Source: Psammoneis japonica | Taxonomy: Eukaryota | Direction: 5' to 3' | NCBI GenBank assembly: GCA_008632985.1 | Contig: QPGO01000058.1 | Span: 1 to 64,000, forward strand | Length of the DNA stretch: 64,000 nt | In this document: piece after piece, positions 35,235 to 45,949 of the stretch | Layout of the letters: the number at the start of each line of letters is the position of its first letter | Position numbering within the stretch: the stretch's first letter is position 1 | The notes under the pieces: model-generated | The model's input: only the letters and a program-made list of their open reading frames with translations | Database searches by the model: none | What the model was told of the DNA's origin: nothing | Made by a program: the position numbers and the translations under genes

Positions 35235-36515
35235 TTACCTGCGTTGTCTTTTCTTCTTCCACTGACCTGGTGTCTGTCTCTGCGTTGCCCAGCCTTGACT
35301 CTTGTCTCCTCGTTGTTTATCCCAGGCTGGCAATTGGTTCTTGGTTGTTTCAAATGCATTCGCCTCTTCTTCGTCGTCAACGGGGACAAGAAAGTCATCC
35401 TCCTCCTCTTCTTCTTCTTCTTCTTCAGCTTCTTGACTCTCCGTCGGCATGGATCGTTTGAGGCTGCTTTTAGTCTCCGTGTCGTCGTCTGAGCTCTCGT
35501 CACTACTGGTGCTACTGGTTGAACTGCTGTCGTCACTGTCGCTGCTACTGCTGTCATCCTGCGGGGGTGTAATGGCTGGTTTCTGGGACGGTTGTCGCTG
35601 CAAAGGATCGGCAACATCTTCATCACTATCACTACTGGATGAGGACGACTCCTTATCATCAGATTCACTCTCGTTCCGAAAGTGTACCCTGCTCTCTTCG
35701 TCATCCGTTCCATCTCCACTTTCTTCTTTCTCCTCGTCCTCACATTCAACCTCCTGTTCTTCTTTATCCAACTTTGACTCCAACTTTTCAGCAGCTTCCA
35801 ACAAAGCAGAGTGTTGCTGGTTCAGAGCGAATCGGTCGTCAGACGTGGTCGTCTCGTCACCGGCCGGTCCTGTTTCATTTGCTCTGCACCCAAACAGCGA
35901 CGTCTCCATGTCGACTGTCCAGTCCTCCGGCACGCGCTTGTACTGATCGGTGCTTATCCAATTTACAGTTGTCACTTGCTTATTTGCCAATTGTTCAAGT
36001 ATTCGTTTCCTTACAGCTGCTCGTTTGTGAGCCGCCTTTATCGAATCTACATTTCGAACACCCTTTCGAAAGAGTGGTTGGTATTTCACATCGTGGGGGT
36101 AATGGGCAACATAGACTTGATCTAACGCGACCAGAAGCAGTTCCTTTTCAAACTTTTCTTCGTTCTCGCCGCTTTCTAGATGCTTTCTAACCGTCCTTTC
36201 CATTCGAGTAAGTCGTTGCCGTTCGAGAAAACGAGTTCCATGCGAATCTGCTGCGTTCTTTCGATGCCTCTCCTTTTCTGTATTTTTCGAAATCTCTTCT
36301 CTGAGTTCTTTTATAGCTGATTCGAGATCCGCTCGTCTTGATTCGTAATCTTTATCATCCTTTGATAATTTCGCCAAGAGCCGCTCCTTTCCACGCAATT
36401 GATTCTTTAGGGAACTCTTGGGCTTGTTGTTTGTAGTTCCGCCCTTTTTCGACATTCCACGACGCCACGGCTTGTATTTGCGTTCAAGGCCATGTTTCGA
36501 CGGAGGTTTTGGCAT
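35235..36515 (-). CDS. EFG1: rRNA-processing protein Efg1-like with acidic C-terminal tail
   Basis: 'SLKNQLRGKERLLAKL...KNAADSHGTRFLERQRLTR...LDQVYVAHYPHDVKYQPLF' matches the Efg1 family pattern; ATG at 36515. Confidence 0.8.
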   Translation of the reverse strand: MPKPPSKHGLERKYKPWRRGMSKKGGTTNNKPKSSLKNQLRGKERLLAKLSKDDKDYESRRADLESAIKELREEISKNTEKERHRKNAADSHGTRFLERQRLTRMERTVRKHLESGENEEKFEKELLLVALDQVYVAHYPHDVKYQPLFRKGVRNVDSIKAAHKRAAVRKRILEQLANKQVTTVNWISTDQYKRVPEDWTVDMETSLFGCRANETGPAGDETTTSDDRFALNQQHSALLEAAEKLESKLDKEEQEVECEDEEKEESGDGTDDEESRVHFRNESESDDKESSSSSSDSDEDVADPLQRQPSQKPAITPPQDDSSSSDSDDSSSTSSTSSDESSDDDTETKSSLKRSMPTESQEAEEEEEEEEEDDFLVPVDDEEEANAFETTKNQLPAWDKQRGDKSQGWATQRQTPGQWKKKRQRR

Positions 36516-36973
36516 GTTGGCAAGAGCAATCAATAGCGAACGATACAAGTTAAGTAGCAGGGAGGACTTGAGAGGAAATCCAAAATAGGTAGCGCTCCAG
36601 GAACTTTGTGCTGTTGGGTGGAGGTTGGCGAATTCAAATCGCGCGATTTTCACGTGGCAGTTGATGCGGACCGCACGAGCACGCACCGCGAGCACGACGA
36701 GGATCAAAACCATGCCTGTTCAGCTTCGACATTCGACACGTGAGCATCTCGCAGCACGAAGACTGAGTCAAGTAGACAGGAGCGCACTGTGGCCTTTCTA
36801 GGGAGAGTTTTCCATTGAATGTAGTTGATTTCAAGAATCAGAGACAATACTTTAGCATAATCTTTTTTTAACCCTCTTGCTGTAGCACGCGTCATGCAAG
36901 TACGGGACTACTTGTTCCGACAAGAACGTTTCCCACCACTGTGCGTAAGTGCACCATACCAAGAATATTCCAA

Positions 36974-38580
36974 TTACGACCCAGAGAATCGAAGACAGTC
37001 CCCGTCTTCATAAACACCCAATACCCTAACTCCATCAGCCCAATAAACCTTTCCCCCGCCGGCAGGGCTCTTGCGATCACGCAGTGTGCGTAACTCCTGC
37101 TTAAGGGATGGTGGGATCATCAAACAGTATCCACACAAATGGTTGCTTGCCATGTTTTGGGCAGCCTGATACAATCCTTGAAGTTTGGCAGGATAATACG
37201 TGGATCCTCTGGCACGGTGACGCGGCGGTAGCGCGGCGCAGTGCCGGCAACGGATGCCCACCTGCTTTGGCACAATCGGCTTATTCCTCCCCTGAGCGTT
37301 TGTCTCGATGTCCACATCTTGAACTTCAAACACTTCAATCTGCTTCCTCACCAGACACTGATAGTCTGAAAGAATCTCGTCGTCACAGACCATGTGCAAA
37401 ATATGAGATCTAGTCTGGGTTGAAGCTGACGGATGCTGTTGCTGATGTGGCGGAACGTGACTATCTAGCTGCGGAGGAGGAGGAGCAACCCTGGGTAACA
37501 TTGGTACACCAACTCCTTGTGGAGGGGGTCCTCCTCTGGCGAACGTGGGAGGTTGACTGGGACCGGAAGCTCCAAACATTGGCATTGGGAGGGCGTTATG
37601 CATGTGCGAAGGCATGTTGTGAACGGGATATCCATGGTTTACAACCATTCCCGTGTTGGCACCGGGTTGCCGCCAAGCTGTTGCCTGGAGATCGTCACTG
37701 CTTGTACCAGCAGATGAGTGTCCGCTCCTTGTGTTGCTATGACCACCAACATTATCGCCCGTTGTGAAAGGCTGTTGCTGCTCTCGCGGTGGTAAAGGCA
37801 TTGGATAATAGGGATAATTCTGTTGCTGAGGTCCATAGGGTGGCATTCCGGGTACGCCCCTGCCAGCAGAAATATTGTTCCCGGACATGAGTGAAAAGGC
37901 CACGGACCTTGGGACCACTATTGGCATCCCATTGGCATCGTGACCGATTGTTATCGGAGGCTCTGCTACAGATGTTGCAATCCCCTGTGGCAATTCTCCT
38001 CCGTCTGCTTTGCCCTGTTGATTTTGAGATGCCGTACGAGGGTCTTGCTGGTTGACGAAGTTATAACTTGAAAACATGTTTTGTCTGTTGTCTTTTGGTC
38101 ATCGGAACAACAGCAAAGGAAGAATTGAGAAGGACTATACATATCAATGCACGACAACCTGACTGAACGCTGAAGATGGGACGCACCATTGTTCATGACA
38201 AAGTTTGGATTAGCTCTTGCACCTCCAGCATCCGCCGCGTCATTGCCGACCGCCTCACGGCCCAACTTTGGATCTTGTCCAACCGGAAGAAAATTGTTCG
38301 GGATCAACTGGGAGGCACCATCTCTACCCACCAGAGAGGAGTTATTCGAGGTCTGGGGAAAGATGCTGGAAGCGGCCCCACTATATACACCGCCGCCTCC
38401 CAAAACCGGATTTGGTTGGTTAGATTCGTCAAGAGACGGGCTGGGAAGAACTGACTGAGAAGTTGGCGTGGTGCGAGGTCCCTGATGGTCTCTGATATCA
38501 ACGTCCTGCTCTCTTGAGCGTTTATTTGGAGTGTTTGATGAATCTTTTGCATCTTGACTGCTGCTCCTGCCTCGCTTCAT
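36974..38580 (-). CDS. Diatom-type uncharacterised protein: P/Q-rich N-terminus plus C-terminal Cys/His domain; probable intron ~38067-38160
   Basis: 'LSDYQCLVRKQIEVF...VGIRCRHCA...YYPAKLQGLYQAAQNMASNHL...GGGKVYW' motif; two ORFs joinable by a short intron. Donor position uncertain. Confidence 0.7.
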
Positions 38581-39337
38581 GTCGCTGTTCGCAGTTTCCC
38601 AGAGCACTGTCACTGTCTTGTAGCCACACGCAATAAGGAGTATGTACTCCTATCAGATGCCACCTGGCTCGTATGTTGAATGAAATGCTTTCTTGGACCT
38701 TATTCTCATGAAATATTGTTTCAATAATAAGAGTTTATCGTACGTGCTGTTTATTGCGAGAACAATTCTTCTCGCGTTTTTTGAGGCCGTTTATGCATCG
38801 GATTCGATGAGGCACATTGCTCGTGCGACTCGTGGGCAAAACCCAACGCTTCATCACAAGTCACAAGACAGTGTGAGCCGCGCACGTTGAACATGGATGA
38901 CATTTTTGAGTATTACTAACGAGGGTACGATGAAAACAAATAATTGATTCACAATTTCCAATATCAATAAACAAAATCTTCCTATATATCAGTTTTGATG
39001 TACTTTCAGTAGACGTTGTCAGCCCGTTCGTGCGTAACAGAAAACGTGTATTTATCATTATATCATTCAATCTTGAATAAAAATTACATTTGATTAAAAA
39101 TTTAGAGTTGAATATTAGGTTAAAAATCGAGTCTTATAACTGATTTGTCTTTCGCTTCTGTCACGCCAACAAGCTTCTTGTACAATCTACGTGCTTGCGT
39201 ACGAATCGTGACCAATCGTGTCCTCGATAAAATATTTATGAGTCATGCGTTGGAGACTCTCGACACCAACCTTGTAATCCTTGATGATACGGAGGCGTTT
39301 CGAGTTTCGATGCTGACTCGCAGCTAAGATCTTTGAA

Positions 39338-40525
39338 ATGAACCGGTTTGACGTAATTGTGGTTGGTTTAGGTGGCGTGGGTTCCTTTGCTCTTCGGAGT
39401 TTGACTCGTCATCATCGCGGCACGAAGGTGCTAGGCCTTGATCGCTTTTCACGAGGCCACGAGTTTGGATCGTCACACGGCGGAAGTCGGTTGTATCGGC
39501 ACGCATATTTCGAGGACTCCAAATATGTCCCACTAATTCGATACTCGACAAACGAGTTCAAAGAGCTTCAGGACACGTCAGGCGTCAAGTTGGTGGAGGA
39601 GTGTGGTACACTCATTGTCGAGAACAAGAATGGACCAGTGATTACGGCTTGCAAATCATCAGCGGAACAACACGGAATCCAAGTGGAACATATTCCTAAC
39701 TATGCGTTAAGAGATCAATTTCCTCAGTTTGTCTATGACAAAGAAATGGTAGGACTTCTGGAGAGCAACAGTGGCTTTGTTCGTCCAGAGAAAGTCATTG
39801 TTGCTGCCTTGAATGATGCAGAACGTCATGGAGCAACAGTTTGGGAGAACACCACCGTTCATTCAGTTAACGAAGTCGATCATGACGGAACGGGGCATGT
39901 CAAAGTAGTCGTGCGGAGAGAGAACGACGAAAAACAGGTGCTGAAAGCTGGCAGCGTTGTGATATCTGCCGGTTCTTGGACATCTTCAATAATTCCCTAT
40001 TGGGCGCCTAAGTTGCGAGTGACTCGACAAGTGCAAGCCTGGATCGACGTTTCTTCCGCTAGCAATTCCAACATTTACAACTCAAAAAACATGCCCACTT
40101 GGCTGCTGGCACAATCCAACACCGCGACTCCTTTGTACGGGGTCCCGGTGGACCCTGAGAGCAATGAAAATTGGATAAAAGTGGCCTTGCATGGACGAGA
40201 CGTTCCTACTAGCCCAGAAGATTCGAATTCCGAAGTATCTAGTGCTGAGTTGAAAGAGCTTCAAAATGCTGCTAGCCTGTTTGTAAAAGGCAGCGACGCC
40301 CTCCAGTGGCCAAAAGCAAAATCGTGCATGTACACAATGACGCCTGACGAGAACTTTTTAGTCGGAAGACCATCTGGTTACAAGCGTACTTTTGCTGCTG
40401 CAGGTTTATCCGGACATGGCTTCAAAATGACACCGGCAATAGGAAGAATTCTCGCGGATATGTCTACAACTGGATCAAGCCTCTTGGATGCAGAGTTCTT
40501 GTCGCCATCTAGGTTCAACGTTTAG
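39338..40525 (+). CDS. solA: FAD-dependent monomeric sarcosine / N-methyltryptophan / pipecolate oxidase family protein
   Basis: 'VIVVGLGGVGS' Rossmann motif, 'GSSHGGSRLYR', 'CMYTMTPDENFLVG' (flavinylation Cys), 'GLSGHGFK'; single exon, 395 aa. Confidence 0.88.
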   Translation: MNRFDVIVVGLGGVGSFALRSLTRHHRGTKVLGLDRFSRGHEFGSSHGGSRLYRHAYFEDSKYVPLIRYSTNEFKELQDTSGVKLVEECGTLIVENKNGPVITACKSSAEQHGIQVEHIPNYALRDQFPQFVYDKEMVGLLESNSGFVRPEKVIVAALNDAERHGATVWENTTVHSVNEVDHDGTGHVKVVVRRENDEKQVLKAGSVVISAGSWTSSIIPYWAPKLRVTRQVQAWIDVSSASNSNIYNSKNMPTWLLAQSNTATPLYGVPVDPESNENWIKVALHGRDVPTSPEDSNSEVSSAELKELQNAASLFVKGSDALQWPKAKSCMYTMTPDENFLVGRPSGYKRTFAAAGLSGHGFKMTPAIGRILADMSTTGSSLLDAEFLSPSRFNV

Positions 40526-40592
40526 TTGGCACGTCCATAGGCGTCAGTCAAAGCGCTGGTATATCGACCTACCTGAAAGAAGGTAGATTGAT

Positions 40593-42347
40593 TTACACAA
40601 TCAATTGGAATGCAAAAGCCATACCCACAACCATCAGTGACAGCGTGATCCGAATCCGTGAGAGTGCCGAGCTCTCTCCGGAGACCCTAGTTATAAGGGA
40701 CACGTTTGGTCTGTAGCTTGGTACCAATGAAACAGTTGGACTCGTACTGGGCACAAGTGATACACTTGGTCTAATGCTTGGCATGAGCGAAACACTGGGA
40801 GACAAACTCGGAGATGAGCTGGGAAGGGCGGATACGGATGGTTCTTGAGACACCGATGGCATGAAACTTGGTGTCAGACTTGGCTTCGCAGATGTGCTTG
40901 GAAACGAACTGGGATACAGAGATGAACTCGGAGCCATTGACGGTGCGGGTGACAGTGTTGGATTTTTTGCTGCTCTAGCTTTGCTTGACTGGTAGACATT
41001 CACTGGAACAATCACAGACAGCGAAGCGACCCCAATAAGACCGAACACAACATACACGACACGATTATTCCCATTTCTTCCCACCGTTGCTCTTTCTGGC
41101 CTCTGTGCTTTCTTTGGTGTCTTTCGGGGGATTTTGTTCCTTCCTTGCGCCTTCTTCCCTGCTACATATATTTGTGCACTCATTAGCGTCTCCCGTGGTG
41201 TATCATCTTGCCCCACTTCTCTCGATTGGCTTTCTAATGAAATTTCACATGAACCGTCGGTGCGGGTATGAGAATTCTCGCCACTATTCTCTTCATACAT
41301 TGCTGCGCCGTCCCGGTTTCCATTTCTCTCGTCACATTTTTCTTCTTCAGACGATTGAACACTTCTCGGAGGAGGGAGAATTGGTACTGAAGGCGTTATG
41401 ACAGTGTCGAAACCATCATCGTCCACATCTAACCTTCGTGAATCTGACAAATCATCATCTTCTCCATATGAATAATCATTTGACTCTCGTACCTCGCTAT
41501 CTTCGTGTCTTATTCTCCACGGAGCGGTTGCGTTGTGCGAAGGACCATAATCATTTCTGGGTGCGTCATTTCGAGAATACTGATGGGACCGTCCCTCTGA
41601 AGATGTAGTTGATGAATGCCTTTGATATTGTGCGTGGTTGTTTGAATGAATTTCCGACGTGGAGGCCTTGTGACGTGTCGACCTCGATGGTGCATTATCA
41701 ACACGGTGACTACTGGTCTCGACTCGACTGTGCTTTTTCCTTGCCGGGGATTTACGCTTTCTACTTGTCGGAGAATGCCGATATCTTGAAGCAGCGGTTT
41801 CAGTATTTACAACCTCTCCAGTCTCATCACATAAAACATCTCGTCGATATTGATGCTTTGCTCTGTCCTTTTGCTCACCGCTACGAACATGTTGCGCTTC
41901 TTGCTCAAACATTCTGATTTTTCTCGAGACATTCCCCACGTTCGAGAAGCGATCATTCACGCCACCAGAACCCTTTACCAAGAGCTTAGTTCGTCTGTAT
42001 TCCCTATCCCCTTCTCCATATGCATTGACCGAGTCTTGAAACGATGGATGTCTGCTGCTATTGTTGTTTGCAGGATGGATAGGAGATGAAGAAGCGTATT
42101 CATTCGCATCGTTTTCATCAGTTTCGTGAATCGGCGCCATGCTTGGAGTGGTAATTGTGGCCTTGACAATCTTACGGCGGTGCTTTGACTTTCGAGAAGC
42201 GATTTTACTTGCTGACCTTTTCTTTGGGGGTTTGCTCTGCGATTGCGGTACTCTTGTTCTTGTTCGGCGAGGTCCGTAGTCGTCAGTCGACTCGACATCA
42301 CCGCTGTTGCGGTCTGATCGTTCGATGTTTCCTCCTCTATCACTCAT
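40593..42347 (-). CDS. Low-complexity membrane protein with TM helix, PS repeats and hydrophobic C-terminus
   Basis: 584-aa ATG-initiated ORF; 'VVYVVFGLIGVASLSVIVPV' TM, (PSxxPS)n, terminal 'ITLSLMVVGMAFAFQLIV'. Confidence 0.75.
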   Translation of the reverse strand: MSDRGGNIERSDRNSGDVESTDDYGPRRTRTRVPQSQSKPPKKRSASKIASRKSKHRRKIVKATITTPSMAPIHETDENDANEYASSSPIHPANNNSSRHPSFQDSVNAYGEGDREYRRTKLLVKGSGGVNDRFSNVGNVSRKIRMFEQEAQHVRSGEQKDRAKHQYRRDVLCDETGEVVNTETAASRYRHSPTSRKRKSPARKKHSRVETSSHRVDNAPSRSTRHKASTSEIHSNNHAQYQRHSSTTSSEGRSHQYSRNDAPRNDYGPSHNATAPWRIRHEDSEVRESNDYSYGEDDDLSDSRRLDVDDDGFDTVITPSVPILPPPRSVQSSEEEKCDERNGNRDGAAMYEENSGENSHTRTDGSCEISLESQSREVGQDDTPRETLMSAQIYVAGKKAQGRNKIPRKTPKKAQRPERATVGRNGNNRVVYVVFGLIGVASLSVIVPVNVYQSSKARAAKNPTLSPAPSMAPSSSLYPSSFPSTSAKPSLTPSFMPSVSQEPSVSALPSSSPSLSPSVSLMPSIRPSVSLVPSTSPTVSLVPSYRPNVSLITRVSGESSALSRIRITLSLMVVGMAFAFQLIV

Positions 42348-42760
42348 ATTGTTGCAATTTATAAGTCAATCTCTCCTTGAATGCATACTGCTGTTACGCA
42401 ACGACAGCATCGACCATCGTCGGCAACACCCCAGCCAGCCACAGGACGGTGATGTTTCGCACAACGCACAACATGAAAGATGAGAGACGGAAGGAGCAAC
42501 GGTCAAACGAACGAACGCGCGGCAACTGGCGTTTGTGGCGCGGTGGTCGCGCGCGCAATATGCGCGTATGGAAGCGTCCGTCCTCCTTCCGCCCGTGCCG
42601 ATGAGTTATTTTCTGTCGACGATGACATGGGAGGGACAATGTGGAAATGATGGACGCCCAGAGGCGAAGGGACCAGTGACGATACCGAATTGATGTTTGT
42701 AACGATGCCTTTGTTGCCTAATGAATTGAAATCTGATTACTGCTACTGATAACTGAAAAA

Positions 42761-44791
42761 ATGAAGCAAGAAGAAGGAAATCAACATGATGACGAGCACG
42801 ATGCTGCTGACGAACCGACAACTTCGAAAACGTTGAGTGATCCGTACGCTATTCTTAATGTGGAACGAGATGCCGATGATGAAACAATTCAGCGTTCTTA
42901 TAAGCGCTTATCACGAACATTTCACCCTGACAAACAACCACCAGGTCCAGCTCGTGATGCAGCCCAGGAATCCTTTTTGGCCTTCAAGAATGCGTGTGAG
43001 TGCAATCCGTTTTCGTTTTCGTTGGAACAAGTCGTAAAAGCTGACAGGTTATTATTCATTTCTTTACATCATAGACGATTCGCTGACCGATCCAGTTCAG
43101 CGACAAGCATTTGATGACCACGGTTTACGAGCTCTTGAGGTTGTGAAGCATAGCAGCATTTCGGAGAAGAACCCCGATGCCCTCTACGCCACACTCTTGC
43201 GACTTCACCAGTCGGGTCAACGCCAACAGGCCCAGCTGGTGCTAAAAGAAGCGCTGCAGTACATGGAGATTGACGCATCTGATCGGGACTTGTCCTTTTC
43301 TGCCGATATGGAATTCCAGTGCACAACTGTATCGACAAACTTCTTGAACGAGGGAGACGAGCGACTAAGTGTACCAGAGTTGCAGGGCGGACATGTATCG
43401 TTTTCCATCACATCCTCATCACAAGCAGACAGCAAATGGAGTGTTACAATGGGAGGAGCATCCAATGTTATTAATGGAAAAGCTGAAGCGTCCGGGCAAG
43501 TGTCAGTCGGGTACAAACCAGTCCCAGACACTCATGTGAATGCTGACATTGATGTCAGTGATCCTTACAAGGTATGCCATTTTCTACGATTGCAGCGATC
43601 TATAATCAGATGTCAAATCTGATTTCTTACGCAATATCCAATGATTTTCTGTATGTGCAGGTGTCAGTAGGAACGACTCGGGCCTTCACAAACGGAACAG
43701 TGGTAACTTCCAAAATGAGTACCATGCCCAACTCGAGACACCTCAGTCTCCTGGTCATGTCGCAACGGCCCTTGATGGAAAACAAATGCATCGGTACTTG
43801 CGCCTTTGGTTTTGGAACAGATCTTTCTCTTCAACTGTATCAGCTCTCCTTCATGACACTCTGGAAAGACTGGCCACGAATGACGGTGAAGTTGAATCTA
43901 CTCAACGAACATCAGGTCAAGGTATCCGCCAAGAAGAGTTTTGGTGGTCTTCAACACAAGCACACCGCAAATATTTCTTGCGATATTGGGTTCTCGTCCA
44001 TGGTGATTAGGACTGTAGTTGATCATGCTGTTTCGTCCTACGCATCTTGGAGCATTGGGCTCGAACACGCCAGTATGACGGGTCTTACTTGGGTTTTGGG
44101 CGTGAGGCGCGGCGAGATTTCATTCCGTGTGCCCATTTACGTCAGCTCAATTCACAGCCCCGGTTACTCTTACAAAGCAATCATGATGGGCATTATCTCT
44201 GTCTTGTGGCACTCTGCCATTCGCGAAAAGGTCGAGGATGCTTCCGTGGGTGCTGTCATAGATCCTCAGGCAACCACAGCAAGGAAAAAGTCTCTGACCA
44301 GAGAATCTTCCTGGATCGCCCTTGACAAATCAAAGAGGGACGCAGAACAACAAACTGCCCTAATGAAAGCGACTGCCGAAATGTCACGAGAAACGGAAAA
44401 GTCGCTAGCAACGGGTTTGGTCATTTTACACGCAACATACTTTGTGGACGGCGGCGAAACAATGGATGCCACAATCCAGTTACAGTTCTGGGTCAAGGAA
44501 TCAAGGCTCCAGCTACCACCAACCCCAAAGAGCTATTTGCTTGGTTTCTATAGTCTTACAGCTACGCATGATATAAATGAGATGGAAAGAGAACTGAATT
44601 GGTGGAAACCATTGAGACGGCTCGTTTTTCGTCGAGAGGCTCACACGGAATCGAGTCACCCAGTCCCCAAGTTGAAAGTAAGGTACGAGTCCAGTGGACG
44701 TGTGTACGAGATTACTGTAAATGACGACGAGGAGTTGGTGCTTCCAAACTCCTCTGCGTTGTGCTTGGGCAGTAGTGGAGAAGTAGCGTGA
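42761..44791 (+). CDS. DNAJC11: DnaJ homolog subfamily C member 11-like (J domain + DUF3395); exons 42761-42995, 43075-43571, 43661-44791
   Basis: 'DPYAILNV...YKRLSRTFHPDK...AYDSLTDPVQRQAFDDHG' across intron 1; C-terminal 'GLVILHATY...DATIQLQFWV...KSYLLGFY...LKVRY'. Confidence 0.88.
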
Positions 44792-45154
44792 ATCGTTTCT
44801 TGCCAGTCGAATAGTTCAAAACCTACTCTCTAGAGATGTTGAGTGTCGTAGGCCCTCTACTACGGTAGGCAATATACTCTGCTAACTGTTCTCTGCCCGT
44901 ACTACTCACTAGCTCGCTAGAGAGAGCTCTAAAAAGAGAGGCCCGCCGATGCGCTATCCACTTCACTCCCTCTAGAGAGATTATTACTTCAACGTCGTTA
45001 TTTCCGAATTCGTATAAGTCGTAGGTCTGATTTTGTTGCGTATTGCGGTATGCACTGGTGGCATGGTATCTTTTGGTGTTGAGTTAAGGCAACGATAGAA
45101 CGCCCTTTCTGCCAGGTGCTTCTTGCGCGACACAGTTGTACACCAGGTGTGTCT

Positions 45155-45832
45155 TTACACCGGTTGCCTAGAGCTACTGCTAGCAATCAAATACAGCTCC
45201 TCCACCACATGTTTAGTCTCAACTTCTTTTTTCTTCATAGTACGGTACCCCCTAACGGAAAAGAACAATGCCAAAGGCAGAACGATGTAGGCCTCCCAAT
45301 CGCCAGTCTGGTGCAAGATTGCAAGCACATTTAAGACGACTAAAGCCATACCGAATACAAAATTGCGGGTTCGTTGTTTCAGACGTCGCTCGAGCTTTGC
45401 ATGCGATCGAACATACTCTGCGGGAGATATTGATGACTCGAGTCTTTTCAGAGCCAGCTGTGCATAGGCCCCCGCTACCGAGAACAATACTTTATCATCA
45501 GAACCAGTCTTGGCTAGATTCTCCAATGCTAGCTTGGCTTGTTCTGGATCACCGGTATCACTGGCACACGCTAGATGGGCAGCCTCGGAGAGCGTTTCAG
45601 CCGCTGCTTGCATGCGTTGCTTGTCAGACTTTTTCGAGGGCTTGTTGGCACCGAAGTCTTGCACCAATCGACGTCGAACATTGCCATCGTTGGCGTACTT
45701 GACTTGCAAATCCAGCAAAACATCGCCGTGTGATCCCACTGGAGCATGAATGGGCAATCGGTGCGTCTGCGTCAAAGGCTCGTGCTCTTGATTCTGACTG
45801 GACTGCGTGCTGCTTCCGGTAGTCGTCATCAT
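45155..45832 (-). CDS. Hypothetical protein with two C-terminal TM segments
   Basis: ~225-aa ORF with normal composition; 'FVFGMALVVLNVLAIL' and 'YIVLPLALFFSV'. Confidence 0.6.
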   Translation of the reverse strand: MMTTTGSSTQSSQNQEHEPLTQTHRLPIHAPVGSHGDVLLDLQVKYANDGNVRRRLVQDFGANKPSKKSDKQRMQAAAETLSEAAHLACASDTGDPEQAKLALENLAKTGSDDKVLFSVAGAYAQLALKRLESSISPAEYVRSHAKLERRLKQRTRNFVFGMALVVLNVLAILHQTGDWEAYIVLPLALFFSVRGYRTMKKKEVETKHVVEELYLIASSSSRQPV

Positions 45833-45949
45833 GGTTGTTGCACTTTTCGGGAATAAATTCCACACCGCTTATTTCACCAATAAACCCTCTAGAGATGACA
45901 AGACACAATGCGACGACTCAAGAAACCCTGTCACGACCTGACTGACCTC

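Noticed and set aside
35449..35946. Ser-rich plus-strand ORF
   Set aside because: Antisense shadow of the acidic tail of EFG1.
39338..40525. Horizontal transfer of the intronless oxidase gene
   Set aside because: Intronless genes are common in this window and the family has eukaryotic members; nothing supports HGT without a phylogeny.
44825..44980. Clustered CTCTAGAG palindromes downstream of DNAJC11
   Set aside because: Short and few; cannot be told from chance or ordinary 3' intergenic low complexity.
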